Assembly: GCA_016839445.1 (NCBI GenBank)
Contig: JAEOUG010000027.1
Location: forward strand, 35,113 to 99,112
Origin: Candidatus Thorarchaeota archaeon
Lineage (GTDB): Archaea; Asgardarchaeota; Thorarchaeia; Thorarchaeales; Thorarchaeaceae
DNA length: 64,000 nucleotides
Direction of reading: 5' to 3'
A program made the translations under genes and the position numbers. Every line of letters begins with the position of its first letter. Position 1 is the first letter of the stretch. Shown here one piece after another: positions 17,653 through 26,013 of the stretch. The notes beneath the pieces are model-generated. The model was not told where the DNA came from. It saw nothing but the letters and a program-made list of their open reading frames with translations, and searched no databases.

Positions 17653-19190
17653 TGCTTGTCCTCCTTCTCAAGTTCTCTCTTCAGTATCTTTCCAGCAGCA
17701 CTCTTCGGAAGCTCGTCACGGAATTCGTAGTGCTTGGGGATCTTGTATCTCGCCAGTTTCCCTTCCAGATAAGAGAGTATCTCCCCCTCTGTGAGTTCCA
17801 TGTTAGGTTTTGTCACAATGAAGGCCTTGCCAACTTCACCCCACTTCTCGTGCGGAACGCCGACCACCGCTGCCTCTAGGACAGCAGGGTGCTTGAAGAG
17901 CAGCTCCTCAATCTCGGTGGGGTAGACGTTCTCTCCCCCCGAGATGAACATATCCTTCTTCCTGCCCACTATGTAATGGAAGCCCTCTTCATCCTTCATC
18001 GCTAAGTCGCCCGTGTGAACCCAGCCGTCTTCCTCAATGGCATTGGCCGTTTCCCCAGGTTCATCCCAGTATCCTGAGAAGATGTGCGGCCCACGCAGCA
18101 TGAGCTCACCAACCTCTCCCGGTGCAACTTCATTGAGGTCGTCATCTGCAATCTTCATATCGCAGTGAAATACCGGAAATCCGACAGCTGTGGGCTTGCG
18201 CTTCACCTCACTCTCAGGCAAGTAGAAGTTGTTCGGTCCGACCTCTGTGAGACCGTATCCCATCTTCAGAATCTTGTCGCGAGCCCAGTACCTCTCCATG
18301 ATGGCCACCGGGCACGGCGCCCCACCACTAATGAACACGCGCACACTGCTGAAGTCTGCCTTACTGAACTCTGGTGACTGCGCCATCATGTTGAACATGG
18401 TGGGAACTCCAATCACAATGGTGCAGCGCTCATCACGAATGACTCGCAGGGTTTCTTCAACACTGAAGTCACCCATGATGATAGACATCGCGCCCAGATG
18501 GTAGAAGGGGACGAGGAGTACATTGATGCCACCCGTATGAAACAACGGGAACAGCAGAGGCTGAATATCATCGGGGCGAAGCTCCCATGAAACTATGGTG
18601 TTCACCGAGTTCCAGAAGACCAGTCCATGAGACAGGACTGCTCCTTTTGGCAGGCCTGTTGTGCCACCTGTGAAGACTATCAGATAGGGATCGTCAAATG
18701 TGAGGGAGGGCCGCTCTACAGCCGCCACAGACTTCAGCCTTCTTAGTGATGCCATATCCTTGTCGCCATCTACCCCCTTCTCACCCATGACGAATGTGTC
18801 CCTCTTTCCAACCGAATCGCGGAAAGCCTCGAACTCGCTCGACGTGCTGGGATCGTAGAAGAAGACCTTTGGATCCGTCTTGTCTATCAGATAGTCTACT
18901 TCTCTTGGAGTGAGTCGAGTGTTGAACGGTACAAGGATGCTACCTATCTTGCCGCATGCGAAGAGGAGGTCAAGGAAGTCGAACCGGTTCTTGGCATACA
19001 CTCCCACACGATCACCTTTCGACACACCCAAGTCGAGCAGAGCACGCGCCATGCCATTGGCTCGCTCGTCCATTGATAGGAAGGTGTATCTAGCGCCACT
19101 CAGGTTGTCGACAATGGCTTCCTTCTTGGGTGTCAGGAGGGCGCGTCTTCCCGTCCAATCACCTATCCAAGACCAGTCGTTCCATTTCAT
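17649..19190 (-). CDS. Acyl-CoA synthetase / long-chain fatty acid-CoA ligase (ANL family)
   Basis: FTGGTTGLPKG P-loop, GYGLTE, HTGDLA, SGGENVYP, LPKSAAGKILK. Confidence 0.92.
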   Translation of the reverse strand: MKWNDWSWIGDWTGRRALLTPKKEAIVDNLSGARYTFLSMDERANGMARALLDLGVSKGDRVGVYAKNRFDFLDLLFACGKIGSILVPFNTRLTPREVDYLIDKTDPKVFFYDPSTSSEFEAFRDSVGKRDTFVMGEKGVDGDKDMASLRRLKSVAAVERPSLTFDDPYLIVFTGGTTGLPKGAVLSHGLVFWNSVNTIVSWELRPDDIQPLLFPLFHTGGINVLLVPFYHLGAMSIIMGDFSVEETLRVIRDERCTIVIGVPTMFNMMAQSPEFSKADFSSVRVFISGGAPCPVAIMERYWARDKILKMGYGLTEVGPNNFYLPESEVKRKPTAVGFPVFHCDMKIADDDLNEVAPGEVGELMLRGPHIFSGYWDEPGETANAIEEDGWVHTGDLAMKDEEGFHYIVGRKKDMFISGGENVYPTEIEELLFKHPAVLEAAVVGVPHEKWGEVGKAFIVTKPNMELTEGEILSYLEGKLARYKIPKHYEFRDELPKSAAGKILKRELEKEDKQ

Positions 19191-19243
19191 TCGGGTGCAC
19201 CGAAGTCAGATTGACTATCGTTGGTATTAGTCTTACTCCTCGA

Positions 19244-19255
19244 AAACACGTGTTT
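19244..19255. promoter_or_regulatory. Perfect 12-bp palindrome AAACACGTGTTT in divergent promoter region (candidate transcription factor site)
   Basis: Seen directly between the acyl-CoA ligase operon and the GNAT-OB gene. Confidence 0.35.
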
Positions 19256-19310
19256 CCACGGAGAAACGAACTTATCAATCCAGAGTGATATGCAGTGATG
19301 TGTGTTCAGC

Positions 19311-20120
19311 ATGCCAAGTGCGAGAGGGACTGTCACCATTGTAGACGCGCAACCCGAGGATGCCCCATTACTGGCGGAGATATCTAAACGTGCATTTGAG
19401 TCAGACATCGAAGTCGGAGCGAGTGCGAAGGGAGGCCCCCAGGGGTATGACTCGAAGACCGCACACAGACGAGATGTCGAGAGCGACTACCTTGACTACA
19501 TCAAGATACTCTTCAACGGAGAGCTTGTCGGAGGAATGAGGGTATTTCGGGCAAACGACGCGGGGCAGTACGACATCTGGGGAGTGTTCGTTGACCCAGA
19601 ATACCACAGAAGAGGCATCGCATCAAGAGCATTCCGCCTAGTGATGGACAGGTATCCAGAAGCCAAGATATGGACTCTTGACACTCCCGAGTGGAATGTC
19701 AGAACAAGGAGATTCTACCAAGACAAGCTGGGGTTTGCGAAGAGAGGCATTCTGCGATGGGAGCAGGATTTCGATCTAATATACTACGAGCTTCTCGTTG
19801 ATGAAACCTATGAGCATCCCTTGACTCCCCTTGCCGAGTTGGTCGATGGACTCAAGGGGCTTGCAGTAGAAGGATTGGTCACCTCTGTTGGGAACATCAA
19901 GAAGGTCTATTCGAAGCGGGACGGCAAGAACCACATGGTGGCAGAAGCCGGACTGCAGGACGGTACGGGCACCGCAACACTAACGCTTTGGGATGACTTC
20001 ATTCGGCAAGTGAGAAAGGGAGAGAGAGTCCGGATTGAGAGAGCGTACACTTCAATGTACGACAAGGAGCTCTTCCTCAATGTCAGCAGATATGGGAGAT
20101 TGGTCATACTGACTGAGTGA
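19311..20120 (+). CDS. GNAT acetyltransferase fused to a C-terminal SSB-type OB fold
   Basis: VFVDPEYHRRGIA acetyl-CoA motif, RRFY..LGF; C-terminal LQDGTG...LTLWD....VRKGERVRIERAYT..Y...L.LNVSRYG aligns with the two SSBs in this window. Confidence 0.8.
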   Translation: MPSARGTVTIVDAQPEDAPLLAEISKRAFESDIEVGASAKGGPQGYDSKTAHRRDVESDYLDYIKILFNGELVGGMRVFRANDAGQYDIWGVFVDPEYHRRGIASRAFRLVMDRYPEAKIWTLDTPEWNVRTRRFYQDKLGFAKRGILRWEQDFDLIYYELLVDETYEHPLTPLAELVDGLKGLAVEGLVTSVGNIKKVYSKRDGKNHMVAEAGLQDGTGTATLTLWDDFIRQVRKGERVRIERAYTSMYDKELFLNVSRYGRLVILTE

Positions 20121-20126
20121 AAGAAC

Positions 20127-22367
20127 TCAATTGGCGTGCACAGGTATCTGTACTATGTATGTAGTCTTGCCTTGGTCAGTGGTGTCGGATACAATCAGTG
20201 TCCCCCGGAAATGCTCCAAGATCCTGCGAGCGGCGATGACACCCAGACTGCTCCGGCCCCGTACACCGCGATCCAGACGGTCTGGGATGGCCTCGATGGG
20301 GACTCCTGAAGTCCGTATCGTCACCGCCCAATAGTCATCCTCCACCTGATCTACCAATCTTATCTCTGCCTTGATGGAAACCTTCTCAATCCCTTTCTCC
20401 AGCGCGATATACAGGATGTTCAGAAACGCGTGGACGAGATGTTGGTCTGCCAAAACCGGACAGTCTGCACGTTCTGGATCGAATTCGACAACAACGTTCT
20501 CAGAACCGACCTTCTTCGTGAAGTAGTCCAGGGCCGCCACGAACGCGGCTACCAAGTTAACTGGCTCAAGGTCAGCCGTGCGCACGCGATCGGTTTCAGT
20601 GAGTAGACGAACGTTCTGAATCAGCCGCTCAGCGAAGGAGATGATCTGGCGCCCATCAGCTGCAACTCGAGCCCGCCTGCCAGCAGGTAGGTCTGTTGAA
20701 CCGAGAAGCTCGAGAGATGTCATGAGCATCTGATTGTAGTTGGTGACGTCATGCATCAATAGGTCAGCAAAGAGGCTTGAGCGCTCGTACAGCTCATTGG
20801 ATTCATTCAACGCCTTGACGTACAGCCAAGCCAAGATTGGTGGTCCCGCTATTATTCCCATAAGAAGGAGAATCTCAGACACCCACCAACCAAGAGTCCA
20901 GACTGCGTAGTAGCTCTTCAACACGCTCGGGAGAATCCAGATAGCCAACAAGAGAGCCATGTACAGTGAAGCAGACGTTTCGCCCTTAGGCCGCTTCGCC
21001 AGTAGGAGAATGACATAGGTGAAGGCGAGCATGACAGCCAGACTCAGTACTAGAAGAGCTGCCTCACCAAGTAGGCTGTCGATGTATGAGGGATTCGTGA
21101 GAAGGAAAAGCTGATTCACGGACTCCCCGATTATCGACAGCAAGACACACACACTGAAGGCCGCAAGCATCCTCGTCGTCGAAACCTCGCGTTTTGGTGG
21201 AGATTTCTCATATCTGGCAGCCACATGCAGCAGAACCAAGGTGAGGATGGCCCCCACAATGTAGAGGGCAGTCGGCTCTCCCAGAATCAGGAACGATGGA
21301 GAAACGAAGCTGATCAGAAGAACGACAGAGAGGGATGCCCATAGGCCGAAGATCAGCACCAAGGGGTAGTAAGTCCAAGAGGGCCTATATTTCGAGTAGA
21401 GGAACAGCAGAATCGCCATCATCGCAGAAAGAGAGCCGGCTCCAATGTGTATGATGGAGTATGCGAGAAGATTGGCCGCTGGTGGGATAAAGCTCAGCCC
21501 AGAAGACTCTATTCCAATGGTGATAAGGAGGGGCAGATAGAAGACGAAGACGAGACCGAGGATTAGGCCGTATGCTTGCTGTCTTCCATGTCCCATCCTA
21601 CGTAGATAGGGGGTCCCAGTACCCAGAGATAGAACCACAAATGATGCCATCATCACTGTTTCTGAGAACTCCCAGCCGAATAAGCCAAATGTGTGGTAAA
21701 GACTGAGCATCAGGACTGAGATCATGAGCATCAGAACACCACTAGCGAAGTATCCTCTGTCCAGAGGCAACTCCTGCGTTCTCATTCGTGGGAGAAGAAA
21801 CAGGACCACTAGGAAAAGCATCTCGGCGATGAGTAGCTGAATCCAGATGAAAGCCGTCAACGTGGCCGTGGAAAGAACAGGAAGAACTGCGAACCATATT
21901 ATGCCACGCAGGGCAAGCGGCACCATTAGGAAGAGGAGTGCGAATAGCATCGCCCTGCTTGCATGCTCCACGAGCGGCCTTCGTGAATAGCACAGCGACA
22001 ATGCCAAGAGCATGCCTGCCAAGAGCATCATCTCCGCGAGGTCTGCAGCTGTGTTCAACGAAGTATGCTCCACTTCAGGGGCTGGAAGAAGGAGAAGATT
22101 TGTGACCGCCTTTCCGATATGGATGACCACGGGAAAGGCAAAGACAGCAGAGGCAACAAGATGAGAACGAAGTCTAGCGCTTCTGAAACTGAGAACTCCG
22201 ACGACCAGTGGAATAGATATCCAGTATGCAAGCAGGCAGTTGACGCTGACTCTTGTTGCAGGTGAATACGAAACCAAACCTCCTGGCCCGATTGCCAGTA
22301 AGGAACCAATGGTTGCAGAAGGTACGAGCACTAGTACCTTGAGCAAGGCTCGGTGGCTTGGCTTCAT
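20127..22367 (-). CDS. Multi-TM sensor histidine kinase-like protein with degenerate HATPase domain
   Basis: About 14 TM helices, H-box DLLMHDVTNYNQ, eroded N/G boxes; start moved to ATG 22367. Confidence 0.7.
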   Translation of the reverse strand: MKPSHRALLKVLVLVPSATIGSLLAIGPGGLVSYSPATRVSVNCLLAYWISIPLVVGVLSFRSARLRSHLVASAVFAFPVVIHIGKAVTNLLLLPAPEVEHTSLNTAADLAEMMLLAGMLLALSLCYSRRPLVEHASRAMLFALLFLMVPLALRGIIWFAVLPVLSTATLTAFIWIQLLIAEMLFLVVLFLLPRMRTQELPLDRGYFASGVLMLMISVLMLSLYHTFGLFGWEFSETVMMASFVVLSLGTGTPYLRRMGHGRQQAYGLILGLVFVFYLPLLITIGIESSGLSFIPPAANLLAYSIIHIGAGSLSAMMAILLFLYSKYRPSWTYYPLVLIFGLWASLSVVLLISFVSPSFLILGEPTALYIVGAILTLVLLHVAARYEKSPPKREVSTTRMLAAFSVCVLLSIIGESVNQLFLLTNPSYIDSLLGEAALLVLSLAVMLAFTYVILLLAKRPKGETSASLYMALLLAIWILPSVLKSYYAVWTLGWWVSEILLLMGIIAGPPILAWLYVKALNESNELYERSSLFADLLMHDVTNYNQMLMTSLELLGSTDLPAGRRARVAADGRQIISFAERLIQNVRLLTETDRVRTADLEPVNLVAAFVAALDYFTKKVGSENVVVEFDPERADCPVLADQHLVHAFLNILYIALEKGIEKVSIKAEIRLVDQVEDDYWAVTIRTSGVPIEAIPDRLDRGVRGRSSLGVIAARRILEHFRGTLIVSDTTDQGKTTYIVQIPVHAN

Positions 22368-22500
22368 TGTCACTCCTCGAGGATTGTTATGGAGTATAGA
22401 GAAAAGCATTCCTTGACTATATGTCTGCTTGTCGTTCATACACAATTGGCCATGGCGATGGCCGAAAAGCACTATAAGTAGACGGCTAGCCAGCAGAAGT

Positions 22501-23712
22501 ATGATTGAGGTTCGTGAAGCCAGAGAAGAAGACAGAAACTCCGCAGTCAGACTGATGTGGAAGGCATTTGATGCAGCATCCAACCTTGACGACGTCAGGA
22601 GCCAGGATTGGATTAACCGATGGAACTCGCCAAAGACTAATGATTGGGCCTATGTTGCCACAGATGACGGGAGAGTGGTGGCAAACCTTGCCTTCTTCGC
22701 CACAAAGGCGGAGGACCAGACAATCAGAGGCCGGCCACTCCGATTTGCGGGTGTTTGGGCGGTCGCAACAGACCCTGCCTACAGAAGGAGAGGGCTAGTC
22801 AGGAGGCTCTTCGAGGAGTCGCTGCCGAGGATGAGAGAGGAAGGTGCGAGTCTCTCGATACTTGATCCGTTCTACCGACCCTTCTACGAGAAGTTCGGAT
22901 ATGCCCTGGCAGAAACACGAATGAAGCATACTCTGAAACGAGACCAGATTCGCGTAGGCCCGAAGAGAACAGACGTGGTGGCAAGAGAGGCAACAAGCGA
23001 GGACTTCCCGGCGCTTCATGACATTGAAACAAGCATGGCAAGGTTCGGATCCCGCTTCTACACAAATCCTTCAACCTTCGACTACTTCATCAAGAGTGGC
23101 CATCTCCACATACTTGAAGACTCCTCAGGCCCAGTCGCCACCATATGGTTCCGGTTCGCCAGAGGAGACAACTACGCCCAAGGTGAACCGGGCTACAGCA
23201 TCACAGCAGGCTGTACTAGATACAAGTCCGATGATGTGTTCCCGTCCATCGTGGAGCTAGTGAGGAACTACTCGGTCAATGCCAGCAAAGTGACATGGTG
23301 GACAGATCCAGACGCTCCCGTCAGACATTACCTTGCAGACATACATACATCACAGACACAGGCGATTGGCTCAATGATGATGAGGGTCGTGGATTTCGAG
23401 GATTACTGTCAGAGCATTGCCATTCCTGAAAGCGCTAGTGAAGGCGTGACCATGGAGCTGAGTGATGACCACTGCCCGTGGAATAATGGAACCTACAGAC
23501 TAGTACCGACGGACGGAAGGCTTGAGGCCCAGAGGAGCGACAAAGAACCAGACATCAAGCTCACAGCGTTTCATCTATCTGAACTCATTGGAGGGCAAAC
23601 GCCTCCCACACTCTTGAGGTCACTTGGTAGTATCGTCTGCAGTCAGGGTACTGCTCGGAGGTTGGACTCAATCTTTCCTCCAGACAACTTCGTTTCATAT
23701 GTGAGGTTCTAG
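22501..23712 (+). CDS. Eis-like GNAT acetyltransferase with C-terminal SCP2-like domain
   Basis: VATDPAYRRRG, FYEKFGY, D..CPWNNG motif typical of the Eis family. Confidence 0.85.
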   Translation: MIEVREAREEDRNSAVRLMWKAFDAASNLDDVRSQDWINRWNSPKTNDWAYVATDDGRVVANLAFFATKAEDQTIRGRPLRFAGVWAVATDPAYRRRGLVRRLFEESLPRMREEGASLSILDPFYRPFYEKFGYALAETRMKHTLKRDQIRVGPKRTDVVAREATSEDFPALHDIETSMARFGSRFYTNPSTFDYFIKSGHLHILEDSSGPVATIWFRFARGDNYAQGEPGYSITAGCTRYKSDDVFPSIVELVRNYSVNASKVTWWTDPDAPVRHYLADIHTSQTQAIGSMMMRVVDFEDYCQSIAIPESASEGVTMELSDDHCPWNNGTYRLVPTDGRLEAQRSDKEPDIKLTAFHLSELIGGQTPPTLLRSLGSIVCSQGTARRLDSIFPPDNFVSYVRF

Positions 23713-23724
23713 CACGGCCATTGA

Positions 23725-24945
23725 CTAGAAGAACGTGGGACCTCCCTCGTACTGGTGTTTGGGCGGTTCCATGTTTGCTGTTTGGTCGGCTGAGAGAATC
23801 TCGACAAGCTTGTACTTGCTTGATCCAAGACCCATTTTCTCACCATACTGGGCCACGCGGTATGGGTCCTTCATGGGGCCATGAATCAGCTGGAATGGAT
23901 GCAGCCTAGCTGAGAGATTCGGATTGACTCGCATGTACTTCTCGGGAATTCTAGCCAAGACGTCTCTGTTCAATCCAACCTTCCTGATGAGGTCAAGACT
24001 TGCCGTGTCTACTGCTACTATGTCCCGACTGGCCGCGATTCCCACATCATCTATGACTGACGGCATAGCCATACCCATGCAGTCGCAAAAGGGTGTGATG
24101 TCAAGCATGAAGTTGATGTGGAAAACCTTGGAGCTCTCAAAGCTGTCGAGAATGATCTTGGCTGCCGCGGCCATGATCTCCTGAAACGCATCGAAGTTCT
24201 CCTGCTTCACTGTCCAGCCAGTTAGTCCTCCATCTGCATCCTCGCAGAGCTTCTTGCCGCCGTGGCACTGGTCGCAGTCATAGAACATGAGAGATGCTTT
24301 CTCAGTAGTTTCATTCCATTGAGGCGCGTTCCTGGGACAAGCCGCCTTGATCGTCTCCAGGTGCTCCTTGGTCATCTTGGACTCGTCGAAGTACTTATCG
24401 CGATGCACAATGCCATGAATTGTCTGCCAGCGTGTGGGACCGCTGTAGCCGCCCAGAGCGATGTTCTTGAAGGCACCCCCGTAACCACAGGATCCATGTC
24501 CCTTTGAGTGTGTCAGATTGATGAGAACGTCAGCATCTAGCAGAACACCGGCAGCGTTCAGGCTTGTGATGCCCTCCACTTCGACCTTCTTCTTCTTCAC
24601 GTACTTGTCTTTCACGCCAGCAACAGGGATAATAGGACATCCACAGGTCTCAGCAGTGTAACCCCTCTCAGCCGCTTGATAGACAGCTGTTGGGTTGTCA
24701 GTAACAAAGGGGAAGGCCCCCTGTTCCTTGATAGCCTCCACAATCCTGCGCACGAAGAAGACAGGGACAGTCTGATATCCGTCATTGAAGCCCAGGTGCA
24801 TCTTGACGGCCACCTTGTCCCTTTTCTCAATCGTGCTGAAGTCCAGCATTTCGAGTATCTTGTCCAGCTTTTCGCTCATGTTGGCGAATCTAGAAGTCAC
24901 TCCAGAAATCAACGAACCGTAGTATACCTCAGGAACACTAGCCAT
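23725..24945 (-). CDS. DUF362 domain Fe-S protein
   Basis: KVAVKMHLG, THSKGH..CGYGGAFKNIALG, ITPFCDC, ASRDIVAVD. Confidence 0.8.
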   Translation of the reverse strand: MASVPEVYYGSLISGVTSRFANMSEKLDKILEMLDFSTIEKRDKVAVKMHLGFNDGYQTVPVFFVRRIVEAIKEQGAFPFVTDNPTAVYQAAERGYTAETCGCPIIPVAGVKDKYVKKKKVEVEGITSLNAAGVLLDADVLINLTHSKGHGSCGYGGAFKNIALGGYSGPTRWQTIHGIVHRDKYFDESKMTKEHLETIKAACPRNAPQWNETTEKASLMFYDCDQCHGGKKLCEDADGGLTGWTVKQENFDAFQEIMAAAAKIILDSFESSKVFHINFMLDITPFCDCMGMAMPSVIDDVGIAASRDIVAVDTASLDLIRKVGLNRDVLARIPEKYMRVNPNLSARLHPFQLIHGPMKDPYRVAQYGEKMGLGSSKYKLVEILSADQTANMEPPKHQYEGGPTFF

Positions 24946-25030
24946 CTCTCATTGCCTCACTGCTGCTTTGGGGAGATGAGGAAGTATCTGTGGACTATAT
25001 GAGATTGTCCATTCACGAACGTTAAGCGAT

Positions 25031-25072
25031 TAAGAAAAACAAGAGGCACGAGTAGCCTGCTGGCCACTCGTG
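25031..25072 (-). terminator. Hairpin plus U tract terminator of SSB gene
   Basis: Minus strand CACGAGTGGCC-AGCA-GGCTACTCGTG (one G-U pair) followed by CCTCTTGTTTTTCTT. Confidence 0.6.
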
Positions 25073-25090
25073 TATGTGTGCTGGAACGAA

Positions 25091-25660
25091 TTAGTATCTT
25101 CTGCGTCTATCACGACCACCGTAGCCGCCACTGCGACCACGATCACGGTCACGGCCGCCGTAGCCACCGCCACCGCCACCGCCGCCGTCACGGTAGCCAC
25201 CGCCACCGCCACCGCCGCCTCTGCTGCCGCCATAGCTTCCGCCGCCACCTCTTCGGCCGCCGAAACCACCGCGTCTGCGTGTGTCCTCGTGCTCCTCTGC
25301 GCTCATGTCGTTCTCCATGTTGACTTCCTCGATGGCTTCCTCAGCCTGGCTGAGCTCACCATACTTGCCAACATTAAGACGGAGATTTCCGCGGAAGAGA
25401 CCGGTGTATCCATTACGCAAGGTGTAGGTACCACCTTCTTCAACGCTGTCAATAGCCTCATCCCAGAGGGGAACCGCGACACAACCTGTCGTGTCTCCGA
25501 CAATGGCATCAAGTACTCGATGCGACGTGTTGTCATTTCTAGAGGTAACCTCGCGTTCCTCGCCCTTCTCGACCACCTTGAAGGTGATGATCAAGTTCTT
25601 CATTCGTGGCTTCAACTCAGCCACAGTAGCCTCAATTGGCTCTCTTTCTTCGTAGCTCAT
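25091..25660 (-). CDS. ssb: Single-OB-fold ssDNA/RNA-binding protein (crenarchaeal SSB type) with long Gly/Arg-rich tail
   Basis: VGDTTG...VPLWD...NGYTGLFRGNLRLNVGKYG OB fold; tail RRGGFGGRRGGGGSYGG..RDRDRGR; start ATG 25660. Confidence 0.85.
   Translation of the reverse strand: MSYEEREPIEATVAELKPRMKNLIITFKVVEKGEEREVTSRNDNTSHRVLDAIVGDTTGCVAVPLWDEAIDSVEEGGTYTLRNGYTGLFRGNLRLNVGKYGELSQAEEAIEEVNMENDMSAEEHEDTRRRGGFGGRRGGGGSYGGSRGGGGGGGGYRDGGGGGGGGYGGRDRDRGRSGGYGGRDRRRRY
25115..25270 (-). repeat. Low-complexity GGC/GGT codon repeats encoding poly-Gly/YGG/RDR tail
   Basis: (CCGCCA)n runs on the plus strand inside the ssb CDS. Confidence 0.8.
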
Positions 25661-26013
25661 TGTGTTTTCTCTCACTTTGAGTTTGCAGGTGCTCAAAACT
25701 AGCGATTCTTCGTGGACTCTGCGAATCGGGATATGGTTCCACTCACGCGATCTAGAAAGGACCTCTTGCTTGGTATGCCTGCAGGATTTCCTCAATTACA
25801 ATGCCTTAAGAACTTGTGTAAGGAGCCATAAGAGGCCAAAACTGCAACCACTGACAGCGAGAAGAACACGCACGACCTAACCAGATTTCTTAATTAGCCC
25901 ACGTGCAAGACCAATGCCAAGTTCGCGTGGTCTGAATCAACGTTAGGTACTGGTGACTTGGTATACGTCAGTTCTATCTGTTGACTCGGCCTCGCAGAGG
26001 GAGGTATAGGAAC

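Noticed and set aside
25070-25702. 210-aa Ala/Thr-rich plus-strand ORF and His-rich overlapping ORFs
   Set aside because: Antisense or frame shadows of the Gly-codon repeats in the ssb gene
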